Shown here: positions 37,231 to 46,611 of the stretch, piece after piece
How the letters are laid out: each line of letters opens with the position of its first letter
Numbering within the stretch: the stretch's first letter is position 1
Assembly: GCA_022564295.1 (NCBI GenBank)
Contig: JADFLR010000004.1
Coordinates: 11,840 to 75,839, forward strand
Direction: 5' to 3'
DNA: 64,000 nucleotides
From: Bacteroidota bacterium
Lineage (GTDB): Bacteria > Bacteroidota > Ignavibacteria > Ignavibacteriales > Ignavibacteriaceae
Translations under genes and position numbers: made by a program
The notes under the pieces: model-generated
Told to the model about the DNA's origin: nothing
The model's database searches: none
The model's input: only the letters and a program-made list of their open reading frames with translations

Positions 37231-38352
37231 TTATTCAAACTCATAATTCTTTTCTGCAGCTTGTTCTCTTATAATCTTCAGCATAGCTGCATCGAGAGTG
37301 TTATCCTGTCCTTCAGCTGATTGGTCAGTGATATAATCTCTTCTTTGCTTATCAAGTTCATTTATTTCGTTTTGAATTTGTTCACGTACTTTAGCTTTTT
37401 CCTGCACATATTCTTTTCGTTCTTCAATTGTCATATCTTTCATTTCTTCGGGAAGCTCAGCTTCTTCAAGTTCCTCAATTTTCACACTGCCTTCTTTATC
37501 TGCATCAACAAGATCCCAGGATTCATTTTTATACTGTCTGCTTCCTTTTGTAACTGTTCGTTCAACAAGCACTTCGGGAGCCAGATTACCGGCGTTCATA
37601 TCCTGTTCTACCTGTCTCTTTTTATATTCATCTCCATAGTAACCGTAAGCAATGTAAGTATCATTCAACTTTTGTCCTAAAAGAACAAGTTCATCATCAT
37701 ACGGTGTTGCGATGTGAACAATCTCCTGATTTTGATCGATATTTATGTATTTGCCGTCAGCGAGATCAGCACCGTCTTTCCAGTTTGTTTGAACACCTTC
37801 ATCATAACTACCACAGTATATGGTGTTGATAATTATTCCTTTTGAGATTGCATCTCTGCAGGCAATTTTATAATCAGTGTTTCCTTGTGTGAATGGTTCG
37901 TTACCTGCAATAAAGATTAGCTTTAATTCTTCGGTGTCTTCAGTCCATTTAAGATCTTTTACAGCTTCAGAAATAACGGTACCGCAATACTCACTTCCAC
38001 CGTTTGTTTGAAGATTAAAAAGCTCTTCGGATATTTTATCGAGATCGTTTGTGAGTGGGGTTATTAAGCGTACAAATCCTTCTTTGGCTGAAAGGTTATC
38101 GTTGCCGTATTCATAAAGTGCAACATAAAGATTGATGGATTCTCCCTCTTTTTTTGATCGTGACATCTCATTTACAATTTTCCATAGCTGGCTTTTTGCC
38201 TGATCGATCAGACCGTCCATACTGTTGGAAGTATCGAGAAGAATTGCGAGTTGTACAATGTTTGATTCTCCCCTGGCATTGGATAGTACTTTATCGCTAA
38301 GAATGGTAAAGAATAACATAAAGCTTAGCAGAATGATAGATGATTGCTTCAT
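37231..38352 (-). CDS. secreted vWA-domain protein with acidic coiled-coil C-terminal tail
   Basis: 373 aa with a signal peptide. The MIDAS motif is LLDTSNSMDG and there is a GGSEY motif. The C-terminal 90 aa are Glu/Lys-rich (EELEEAELPEEMKDMTIEERKEYVQEKAKV). Confidence 0.75.
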   Translation of the reverse strand: MKQSSIILLSFMLFFTILSDKVLSNARGESNIVQLAILLDTSNSMDGLIDQAKSQLWKIVNEMSRSKKEGESINLYVALYEYGNDNLSAKEGFVRLITPLTNDLDKISEELFNLQTNGGSEYCGTVISEAVKDLKWTEDTEELKLIFIAGNEPFTQGNTDYKIACRDAISKGIIINTIYCGSYDEGVQTNWKDGADLADGKYINIDQNQEIVHIATPYDDELVLLGQKLNDTYIAYGYYGDEYKKRQVEQDMNAGNLAPEVLVERTVTKGSRQYKNESWDLVDADKEGSVKIEELEEAELPEEMKDMTIEERKEYVQEKAKVREQIQNEINELDKQRRDYITDQSAEGQDNTLDAAMLKIIREQAAEKNYEFE

Positions 38353-38838
38353 TTTAATTTCTCCAAATTATTGGTTATTAAATATTATTGTGTTTACAAA
38401 CATGATTGTTTCACTAATGGAGAAATAAAAAAGTTCCCGGAAGGGTAAATTCATTTTGGTTAAACTAAAGTAGAAGTGGTAATTTCTATATAGTCTGTGT
38501 TGGAAAAGTCTGAAATATCATTCTGAATGGAGCAACCCGGTTGTTAGCAGACATGAGCGGAATGAAGAATCTTAACCTTACTAAATTTGAGACACTTCAT
38601 CCCGATAAACTTGCGTCAAGCAGGCAAATCGGTATTCAGTGTGACAAAAATTAGTTCTGCAACACTCTCATATAGTTGGGTGGAAAATAAAACATAAATT
38701 GATTAGCAAATAAAGTTATTTAAAATGCCTTTCTCAGTTCGGTACTTTCAGGTTAAATAATAATTCCGTAAGTAATTTTAATTCATTAATAAAAAAATAA
38801 TGAATGTTTGTTTCCCATAAAATGAAAAACAGGATTGA

Positions 38839-39900
38839 TTAAATGAATCCTTTGAAATTTAGTAGTTCGGCACATAGAATTGCTCCACCGGCAGCACCCC
38901 TAACAGTGTTATGAGATAAGACAACAAATTTGTAATCGAAGAATTTATCAGGGCGTAATCTGCCGATAGATGCAGCCATGCCGTTTTCAATATTTCTGTG
39001 AATTTTTGGTTGTGGAAAATCTTCTTCATCAAAGTAATGAACAGGATGGTTTGGTGCAGATGGTAATTTTAGTTTTTGAGGTTCGGATGAAAAATTTCTC
39101 CAGGAACTTATCATCTCATTTTTTGAAGTATCCTTCTTTAGTTTAACCTGAACCGTTTCCAAATGACCGTCGGTTACATTCACCCTGTTACATTGTGCGT
39201 TTATTTGAAAATCGGCGAAAGATATTCCATCCAAATTCAATTCACCAAAGATCTTTAACGGTTCGGTTTCCATTTTTTCTTCTTCACTTTTTACAAAGGG
39301 AATAACATTATCTTCAATATCCAGTTTAACTTTTTTAGGATTACCAGCCCCGGAAATAGCCTGCATGGTAACTACATTTACGCTTTCAACACCAAAGCTG
39401 TCAATCAAAGGTTTTAATGCAAGTGATAATCCAATAGCTGAACAATTAGGATTGGTAACAATAAATCCCTCACCGTACTCTTGTTTTTTTATCAATTCAA
39501 TATGGTCAGGATTAATTTCGGGAATAAGAAGCGGAACATCTTTATCCATCCTGTGATTTCGTGAATTTGAAATTACCACATATCCGTTTTTCGCAAATTC
39601 AGTTTCAACTTCGCCTGCAATGCTGGAATCCAAACCTGAAAAAACAATCTTACAATCTAGATTAGGGTCACATTTTTTTACTTCAATCTCCCTTATTTGT
39701 TCAGGCATCGGTGTAGGAAGAAACCAATCAACTGCATCTTTATAATTTTTCCCAGCAGATGATTCGGAAGCGGCAAGTTCTTTTATTTCAAACCATGGAT
39801 GATTAGCCAAAAGTTCTATAAATTTTTGCCCCACACTTCCAGTAGCACCGAGTATTCCAACAGATATTTTTTCGGATGATGACATATAATCTAGATTCAA
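38839..39900 (-). CDS. asd: aspartate-semialdehyde dehydrogenase
   Basis: It has the NAD motif GILGATGSVGQ, the active-site context NPNCSAIG, and a C-terminal HNTVRGAAGG. The start may be the Met at codon 6 (MSSSEK). Confidence 0.9.
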   Translation of the reverse strand: MNLDYMSSSEKISVGILGATGSVGQKFIELLANHPWFEIKELAASESSAGKNYKDAVDWFLPTPMPEQIREIEVKKCDPNLDCKIVFSGLDSSIAGEVETEFAKNGYVVISNSRNHRMDKDVPLLIPEINPDHIELIKKQEYGEGFIVTNPNCSAIGLSLALKPLIDSFGVESVNVVTMQAISGAGNPKKVKLDIEDNVIPFVKSEEEKMETEPLKIFGELNLDGISFADFQINAQCNRVNVTDGHLETVQVKLKKDTSKNEMISSWRNFSSEPQKLKLPSAPNHPVHYFDEEDFPQPKIHRNIENGMAASIGRLRPDKFFDYKFVVLSHNTVRGAAGGAILCAELLNFKGFI

Positions 39901-39953
39901 AAAAAATGTTTATTTTATCGAGCCAAAGATAATAAATAATCTATATTTAACTT

Positions 39954-40715
39954 ATGAAAATCGGTTTAGTACAATACAGCCCTATGTGGGAAGACAAGAA
40001 ATCAAACAAAGAAAAAATTTCTGTTTTACTTAATGATAAAAAAACTGAAATTGATCTTCTGATATTTCCCGAGATGACTTTAACAGGATTCACAATGCAT
40101 TCAGAAAAATTTGCTGAGGAGATTGAAGGTGAAAGTTTTATTTACTTTTCATCATTAGCAGAAAAGTTTAACTGTGATGTAATTGCCGGAATAATTGAAC
40201 ATAGTTCGGGAAAATATTTTAATTCTCTCATTCATATTGAAAATGACGGAAAACTAAAAAATTATTATCATAAAATTCATCCATTCTCGTTTTCAAATGA
40301 AGATAAACATTACAGTGCAGGTGATAAACCAATCGTTACTAAAGTTAACGGATGGAAAACAGGGCTGTCAATCTGTTACGATCTTCGGTTCCCGGAGCAT
40401 TACAGACAGTATGGAAGAAACAGAGTTCCTCTCATCATCAACATTGCGAATTGGCCGGACACAAGAATTGACCACTGGCGTACACTTTTAAAAGCAAGAG
40501 CAATTGAAAATCAATGCTATGTTGTTGGTGTAAACAGGGTAGGGGATACGCAGGGATTGCATTTCAACGGATTCTCAAGTATTTACGATCCGATGGGTAA
40601 AACTATTGTAAGTGTTGAAAATGAAGAACGGATAATTATTGCAGAGATTGATGAAAATATTGTTAATGAGACAAGAAAAAACTTACCTTTTTTAGATGAT
40701 ATACAATCAATTTAA
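39954..40715 (+). CDS. carbon-nitrogen hydrolase (nitrilase superfamily, omega-amidase-like)
   Basis: 253 aa with the Glu-Lys-Cys triad contexts FPEMTLTG, YHKIHPF and LSICYDLRFPE. Confidence 0.85.
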   Translation: MKIGLVQYSPMWEDKKSNKEKISVLLNDKKTEIDLLIFPEMTLTGFTMHSEKFAEEIEGESFIYFSSLAEKFNCDVIAGIIEHSSGKYFNSLIHIENDGKLKNYYHKIHPFSFSNEDKHYSAGDKPIVTKVNGWKTGLSICYDLRFPEHYRQYGRNRVPLIINIANWPDTRIDHWRTLLKARAIENQCYVVGVNRVGDTQGLHFNGFSSIYDPMGKTIVSVENEERIIIAEIDENIVNETRKNLPFLDDIQSI

Positions 40716-40762
40716 TTACCTTCGCTATTCTTTTATAATAACGAAGGTATTAAAAGTTAATC

Positions 40763-41377
40763 TTAATTTTTGTTCAAGTATTTATAAACTATCGCAGCTA
40801 AAATACCACCAGAAAAAGGACCAATTAAATAAAGTAGTAGATGATTATATGATGTTCCACCAGTTATTGTATCCATTAGCATTGGACCGAGATACACAGC
40901 AGGATTAAAAGCACCACCGGTTATACCTCCAACAGAAAATGCAGATGCAGTAACTGTTAATCCAATAGCAAGCCCATATATATAGTTTCCTTCCATTTTC
41001 TCACTGGTGGCAACAGCTAATACCACGGAACAGAGTGCGAAAGTGAAAATTAGTTCGAGCAGAATCGTCTTCCAAAGAGCAAACCCTTCAGCAGGAGCAG
41101 GATAAAAACTGTTAGAGTTTACTATGTAAAATATCAATGCCGCTGCAAATGCCCCAAGTATCTGAAAAATCATATATCCGGGAACAAGTTTTCTTTCGAT
41201 TTTTCCACGCATAAAAACTGCAAGAGTAACAGCAGGATTATAATGCCCGCCTGAGATGTGTCCCCCCATATAAACCATTACCATTAACATTAATCCTATC
41301 GCAAGAGGGTTCTGAGAGAAACCAATTGCCAGCACTAAGAACATTGTTCCAATAAATTCCATAAGGTATTGTCGCAT
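40763..41377 (-). CDS. MIP-family channel (aquaporin-like), short form
   Basis: 204 aa, about 6 TM, with two NPA boxes (GGHYNPAVT and GGAFNPAVY). Confidence 0.85.
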   Translation of the reverse strand: MRQYLMEFIGTMFLVLAIGFSQNPLAIGLMLMVMVYMGGHISGGHYNPAVTLAVFMRGKIERKLVPGYMIFQILGAFAAALIFYIVNSNSFYPAPAEGFALWKTILLELIFTFALCSVVLAVATSEKMEGNYIYGLAIGLTVTASAFSVGGITGGAFNPAVYLGPMLMDTITGGTSYNHLLLYLIGPFSGGILAAIVYKYLNKN

Positions 41378-41594
41378 ATATTCCTCTCCAATATATTTAT
41401 AGTTAAAAATTTTTGTTAAACATAAAGTGATAGAAGCACAATTCCAAGGATTATATCATTTTTTAAAAATGATGGAAGTTTAAACAACTTAATTATTTTT
41501 AATCTATATTAATAATTGAATAAATTTCATATTTCACTCATTATTTCCCTTAATATTTATTAAATGAATATAATTTCAGAGGAAATTATTTAAA

Positions 41595-42002
41595 ATGTTT
41601 AATTTTAAAAGAAGAATAAATTTTTTCGATTGCGATCCAGCCGGAATATTATTTTATGGAAATATTTTTTTCTTCTGCCATTCTGCTTACGAAGAATTGA
41701 TATCTTCATTTAATCTTAAAATTAATTACTGGCAAAATGATGAATTTTTCGTTCCGATAATAAAAAGTTCTGCAGATTATTTAAAACCATTAAAGTACGA
41801 TGATGAGCTTACGATTGAAGTGTGTACAACTGATTTACGTGAATCGTCGTTCGAATTAAATTATAAATGCAGTAATCAATCGGGTGATATATGTGCAAAA
41901 GTAAAAACAGTTCATGTTTTAATTGATAAAAAAACATGGCAGAAAAAAGAGCTTTCGCCTGAAATAAAAGATGGGTTAAGGTATCATTTAATCAGCAATT
42001 GA
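41595..42002 (+). CDS. hotdog-fold (4HBT) thioesterase; candidate DHNA-CoA hydrolase by context
   Basis: 135 aa. FFDCDPAGILFYGNIF carries the catalytic Asp context of 4HBT thioesterases. It is convergent with menE. Confidence 0.65.
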   Translation: MFNFKRRINFFDCDPAGILFYGNIFFFCHSAYEELISSFNLKINYWQNDEFFVPIIKSSADYLKPLKYDDELTIEVCTTDLRESSFELNYKCSNQSGDICAKVKTVHVLIDKKTWQKKELSPEIKDGLRYHLISN

Positions 42003-42015
42003 TCATTGAGAGAAT

Positions 42016-43473
42016 TTAAATCCCTTCGTACTTTTTAATCAATTTACTTCTTAAAATTTTCTCAAGTTCATTTCTCGGAAGTTCTTTCTCGACAATTAAT
42101 TTTTTAGGAATTTTGAATCCCGCCAGATCATCCTTAAGAAATTCCTGAAGGTCATTAAGCTCTATGGTGCTCTTTTCATCTTTTAGTACAATTGCAGCAG
42201 CAACAATCTCACCCCAATCATCATCCTTTAACGGAAAAACAGCAGCATCAACAATTTCAGGATGTTCAATTAATCTTTTCTCAACTTCGTTGGGGTTTAC
42301 ATTTTCACCACCCGTTACAATTAAATCGGTTCTTCTTGCTTCTATGAACAAATATCCATTGGCATCTACAAATCCTATATCACCCGTAAAATAAAAACCG
42401 TCTTCAATTTTCTTTTCCGTCTCATCCTCGTCATTATAATAACCCTTCATCACAGCAGCCGAAGAAACTGCAATCTCGCCAACTTCTCCCCACGGAATTT
42501 GAAACCTGTTTTCATTTACAATAATTATTTGATTCGGTTTAACTGCTGTACCCACTGATCTTGGTTTATCATAAATTTCCTCATCGGAAATTGAACTAAC
42601 GAAAGAAGAAGTTTCAGTCGAACCATAAACTTTTGTTATATTCCAGCCATCGCTAATCGCATCAAACACCAAACGTTGATCAATAAACCCTCCGCCTAAT
42701 AATGTAATTCTTAATTCATCATTCGGTAGTATGTCAGCTTCAAGCATTCTTTTCAATTGAGTCGGTACAAACGAACAAAGCGTCGGGTTAAAGTTTTTCA
42801 TCACTTCTGCAAGATCTTGAATTTGTAAAGATTCGGGAATAATGATTGAAGTACCAAAAAGTAGCGCCCTCGAGATTATTGAAAAACCTCCAATGTGGTA
42901 AAAAGGTAAACTTGCAAGCCATCTGTCTTCTTTGTTGTGATGAATAATTTTATCACCGATTCTTGCACTTTGCAATAAATTGTTGAATGATAATTCAACT
43001 CCTTTAGAATTGCCTGAAGCACCCGAAGTGAAAATAATTACGGCAGTATCTTCCGGATTTAATTCTTCACCAGGTTCAATATCATCCTGTTCCAGCTCTT
43101 CATCGAAAGGATAAGAAAATACTTTCGCATCAAATGATGGACCAATAGATTTTATCATTCTATTTTGCAAAACAACTTTGCAATCGGTTGTAATAATTTG
43201 TTCTTCAATTTCATTGTTAGTTAAACGTGGATTGATCAATACAGGCAGGGCTTTAATTTGCCATAATGCCAACAGGTTAATGATAAAATCAGCATCACTA
43301 TTTCCTATTATTGCAATGTTGTCTTTATCACTTAAACCCATAGCCGATAGGATACCGGCAGTTTTTAAAACTTTTTTTTGGAACTCTTCATAATTCAGTT
43401 GGTCTGAATTTGAATTGATTGCCGGATAACTCAATTCCTGAGTTTTTAAAAGGAAAGCATTTATTGAAAACAT
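42016..43473 (-). CDS. menE: o-succinylbenzoate-CoA ligase
   Basis: AMP-binding motifs FTSGASGNSKGV and YGSTE. It sits directly after menC in the men gene string. Confidence 0.85.
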   Translation of the reverse strand: MFSINAFLLKTQELSYPAINSNSDQLNYEEFQKKVLKTAGILSAMGLSDKDNIAIIGNSDADFIINLLALWQIKALPVLINPRLTNNEIEEQIITTDCKVVLQNRMIKSIGPSFDAKVFSYPFDEELEQDDIEPGEELNPEDTAVIIFTSGASGNSKGVELSFNNLLQSARIGDKIIHHNKEDRWLASLPFYHIGGFSIISRALLFGTSIIIPESLQIQDLAEVMKNFNPTLCSFVPTQLKRMLEADILPNDELRITLLGGGFIDQRLVFDAISDGWNITKVYGSTETSSFVSSISDEEIYDKPRSVGTAVKPNQIIIVNENRFQIPWGEVGEIAVSSAAVMKGYYNDEDETEKKIEDGFYFTGDIGFVDANGYLFIEARRTDLIVTGGENVNPNEVEKRLIEHPEIVDAAVFPLKDDDWGEIVAAAIVLKDEKSTIELNDLQEFLKDDLAGFKIPKKLIVEKELPRNELEKILRSKLIKKYEGI

Positions 43474-43477
43474 AATT

Positions 43478-44506
43478 TTAGCTTAAAATTATTTTACCTG
43501 ATTTAATTGGAAAAGGATCATTTGTTATCGTATTTAAAAAGAGATCTGCCACACCAAGTCCGTGAGCCACATTTTCTTCAACAGAAGCAGCGGCAATAAC
43601 AGCATTTGTTTTTCCTATGGCAGATTCAAAGGATGATGTAATTACCGGGGTAATATTTTCTGCCATTGCTAGTTTTATTATATCCAATGTTGGCAGCAGT
43701 CCCCCGATCATCATTGGTTTTAAAATTAAATAAGAAACCGCTCCACTTTTAATAAATTCCTTCGCTTCTTTTACTGAACGGATCGATTCATCCGGTGCGA
43801 GCGGGATGTTGGTTCTCTTTTTCAAGTCTATGTAATCGCTCAAATTAGTAACAGGTTGCTCGGCATATTCAATATCGAATTGTTCCAGTTCCATTAAGTT
43901 TATAATTGCTTCATCTAAATTCCAATTGCCGTTGGAATCTATTCGCAGCTTAATATTATCTCCAAAGGTTTTCCGTATTAATTTAATAACTGAAAAATCT
44001 TCTTCAAAATTACTTCTTCCTATTTTTAATTTTATTGTGGTAAATCCTTTTTCAATAAGGGTTCTTGCGGTTTTCACGGATTCATCAACATTCAAAAACC
44101 CGATTGCAGCATTTACAGTTACCCGCTTTTTTAATTTTAAGTTTAGAAGTTTATCAATTGTAGTTTTATTTTTATTGCAAATTATATTAATGATTGCCTG
44201 TTCCAATCCGTGTCTTAGAGCCGGCATTTTTTTATAATTTACGAGGCAGTTGTTTATACTTTTTTCAATCTCGGTTTCATCAATTATTACCTTAAGTTTA
44301 AAATCTGACAACACATTTTCAACATCTTCAATACTTTCCGAACCAAACTCAGGGAAAGGGCAGCAGTCTCCTATTCCTTCAAAACCATCCGGATCGTCTA
44401 ATCTTAAAATAAATCCTCTTCTCTCTTTAATTTCAGTTCGTGCTGTGAAGAACGACTTCTTCAGTTTTAATGTGTATGGTGAGTATGTTAATTGCAGGTC
44501 TTTCAT
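43478..44506 (-). CDS. menC: o-succinylbenzoate synthase (enolase superfamily)
   Basis: 342 aa with KLKIG, RIDSNGNW, EYAEQP and APDES metal/acid-base motifs in enolase-superfamily order. The men context supports the call. Confidence 0.8.
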   Translation of the reverse strand: MKDLQLTYSPYTLKLKKSFFTARTEIKERRGFILRLDDPDGFEGIGDCCPFPEFGSESIEDVENVLSDFKLKVIIDETEIEKSINNCLVNYKKMPALRHGLEQAIINIICNKNKTTIDKLLNLKLKKRVTVNAAIGFLNVDESVKTARTLIEKGFTTIKLKIGRSNFEEDFSVIKLIRKTFGDNIKLRIDSNGNWNLDEAIINLMELEQFDIEYAEQPVTNLSDYIDLKKRTNIPLAPDESIRSVKEAKEFIKSGAVSYLILKPMMIGGLLPTLDIIKLAMAENITPVITSSFESAIGKTNAVIAAASVEENVAHGLGVADLFLNTITNDPFPIKSGKIILS

Positions 44507-44519
44507 TTGTTTATAACTC

Positions 44520-44619
44520 TATTATCTGCCGTGGCAGCGTATGAATGCATGACTGCATGCCTGCCCGGCTTTTGACGGAGTTGCATGTAATTATTATGGC
44601 AGCTGCCGTATAGATAATA
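44520..44619. repeat. GC-rich inverted-repeat element in the menA-menC spacer
   Basis: TATTATCT (44520-27) pairs with AGATAATA (44612-19), and GGCAGC (44533-38) pairs with GCTGCC (44602-07). They enclose about 63 nt rich in GCATGC-type palindromes. Confidence 0.5.
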
Positions 44620-44684
44620 ATTGACAATCTTTATCAATCATTTTTCATTCAGCATTCAATCATCCAACCATTCAACCATACGTT

Positions 44685-45584
44685 TTATAATATCAAACCA
44701 AGAGAAAAGAGTAAACCGAACAGTGCCGCATACTTAGCTGATAATTCCAATGTTTTGTTCAGCCGCTCTCCTTCAAAGGATCGAAGCGTTTTAATAAGAA
44801 TAACAGCAATTGGTAACGACAATAGCGGTAAAAATATCCAGTAAGTATAATCATATTTAAAATAGATAATAAATAAAATTAAGTAAGAAATGGCAATTGA
44901 ATTAACAAACTGAAAACGTGTAAACTTTTTCCCCAGCTTAACTGCCAATGTATACTTATCGGCTTCTCTATCTTCTTCGATGTCACGGTAATTATTAACA
45001 ACTAAAATGTTCGTGGTTAAAGCACCGACAGGAACAGCGATTAAAAATGAGAGTAAGCTAAATTCGTGTAAATGAAGATAATATGTTCCCGTTGTTCCTA
45101 CAATTCCAAAAAAAGCAAAGACAAAAACATCTCCCAAACCATTATAAGCTAAAGGGTATGGTCCGGCTGTATATGCGAGTCCTGCCAGGATGGAAATTAC
45201 ACCTATGATTAATATTACAACTCCTGCAGAATAAACAAGATACAATCCCAATAAAAAAGCTAAGCCAAAAACAGTAACTATACCCATTTTCATTTCGGAT
45301 GTAGAAATTAATCCGGATACAAGAACTCTTCGTGGACCAATTCTGTCCTTCTTGTCTGTGCCTTTTAAATAATCATAAAGGTCGTTGGTAAAGTTGGTTC
45401 CCACCTGAATAAGAATTGAGCATAACAAAGCGATTAGAGAAAGGATAAGAGTGAATTTATTGTGTGAAACAGCCAACGCAGAGCCAACCATTACAGGAAC
45501 CACTGCGGCTAACAGAGTTCTTGGTCTGCTTGCAAGTAACCAGCTTTCAATCTTTGAAGGTTTTTCAACCGCGGAAGAATTCAT
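44685..45584 (-). CDS. menA: 1,4-dihydroxy-2-naphthoate polyprenyltransferase
   Basis: UbiA-family motifs NDLYDYLKGTD and NNYRDIEEDR. The protein is a polytopic membrane protein of 299 aa. Confidence 0.9.
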   Translation of the reverse strand: MNSSAVEKPSKIESWLLASRPRTLLAAVVPVMVGSALAVSHNKFTLILSLIALLCSILIQVGTNFTNDLYDYLKGTDKKDRIGPRRVLVSGLISTSEMKMGIVTVFGLAFLLGLYLVYSAGVVILIIGVISILAGLAYTAGPYPLAYNGLGDVFVFAFFGIVGTTGTYYLHLHEFSLLSFLIAVPVGALTTNILVVNNYRDIEEDREADKYTLAVKLGKKFTRFQFVNSIAISYLILFIIYFKYDYTYWIFLPLLSLPIAVILIKTLRSFEGERLNKTLELSAKYAALFGLLFSLGLIL

Positions 45585-45590
45585 TTTTGA

Positions 45591-46436
45591 TTACGGCAGT
45601 TTCGGGAATTTTTTAAAATCGGGTTTTCTTTTTTCAAGATACGCTTTTTTGCCTTCCTGTGCTTCCTCACTCATATAATAAAGAAGAGTTGCATTTCCTG
45701 CAAGTTCCTGAATACCTGCTTGTCCATCGAGTTCTGCGTTGAAGGCAGATTTTAAAACTCTTATTGCCATCGGGCTGTGCTGAAGAATTTGATTTGCCCA
45801 CTCAATTCCTTCCTGTTCAAGTTTATCAACGGGAACAACTATATTTACGAGTCCCATTGCTTCTGCCTCATTGGCATTGTACTCTTTGCAAAGATACCAG
45901 ATCTCTCGTGCCTTTTTCTGTCCGACAATTCTTGCAAGGTAGCTTGAACCGAAGCCGGCATCAAAACTTCCAACCTTAGGTCCGGTCTGTCCGAAGACAG
46001 CATTATCTGCAGCGATAGTTAAATCGCAAACAACTTGTAAAACATTACCGCCACCGATTGCATAACCGGCTACCAAAGCTATAACAACTTTAGGTATGCT
46101 TCTGATAAGTTTTTGAAGATCGAGAACGTTAAGACGCGGAACACCATCTTTACCAACATATCCTTTATCACCTCTTATTCTCTGATCGCCACCGGAACAA
46201 AAAGCATATTTCCCATCCTTCGCCGGACCATAACCAGTCAGCAAAATAACACCGATATCTTGATCTTCCCTTGCATCCGAAAAAGCATTATACATCTCTA
46301 TTATTGTTTCGGGACGAAAAGCATTTCTCACTTCCGGTCGGTTAATTGTTACCTTCGCAATACCATCCATCTTCTCGTAGATGATATCCTGATATCCGCC
46401 TGAGGCGGATTTTACTTTTTGCCAGTTAAAATTCAT
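45591..46436 (-). CDS. menB: 1,4-dihydroxy-2-naphthoyl-CoA synthase
   Basis: 281 aa of the crotonase fold. It has [19 protein letters not shown] and [10 protein letters not shown], and the characteristic C-terminal [14 protein letters not shown]. Confidence 0.95.
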   Translation of the reverse strand: MNFNWQKVKSASGGYQDIIYEKMDGIAKVTINRPEVRNAFRPETIIEMYNAFSDAREDQDIGVILLTGYGPAKDGKYAFCSGGDQRIRGDKGYVGKDGVPRLNVLDLQKLIRSIPKVVIALVAGYAIGGGNVLQVVCDLTIAADNAVFGQTGPKVGSFDAGFGSSYLARIVGQKKAREIWYLCKEYNANEAEAMGLVNIVVPVDKLEQEGIEWANQILQHSPMAIRVLKSAFNAELDGQAGIQELAGNATLLYYMSEEAQEGKKAYLEKRKPDFKKFPKLP

Positions 46437-46611
46437 TTGAAACCTTGCAAATTTTTAGATATTGTCAGATTAAAAATATTGAAAAAGACGGAAATTAAGA
46501 ATGAAAATAAATTTTGATTGGACGAATCAGTAAATATATTATTACTATCATTTATTGTGTAAATTTGAACAATTATTTAAGTTTACGAGAAATTTAACGT
46601 TAATATAATTC

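Noticed and set aside
40696-40908. 70-aa plus-strand ORF overlapping the aquaporin 3-prime end.
   Set aside because: It is antisense to a well-supported MIP-family gene and has no motifs.
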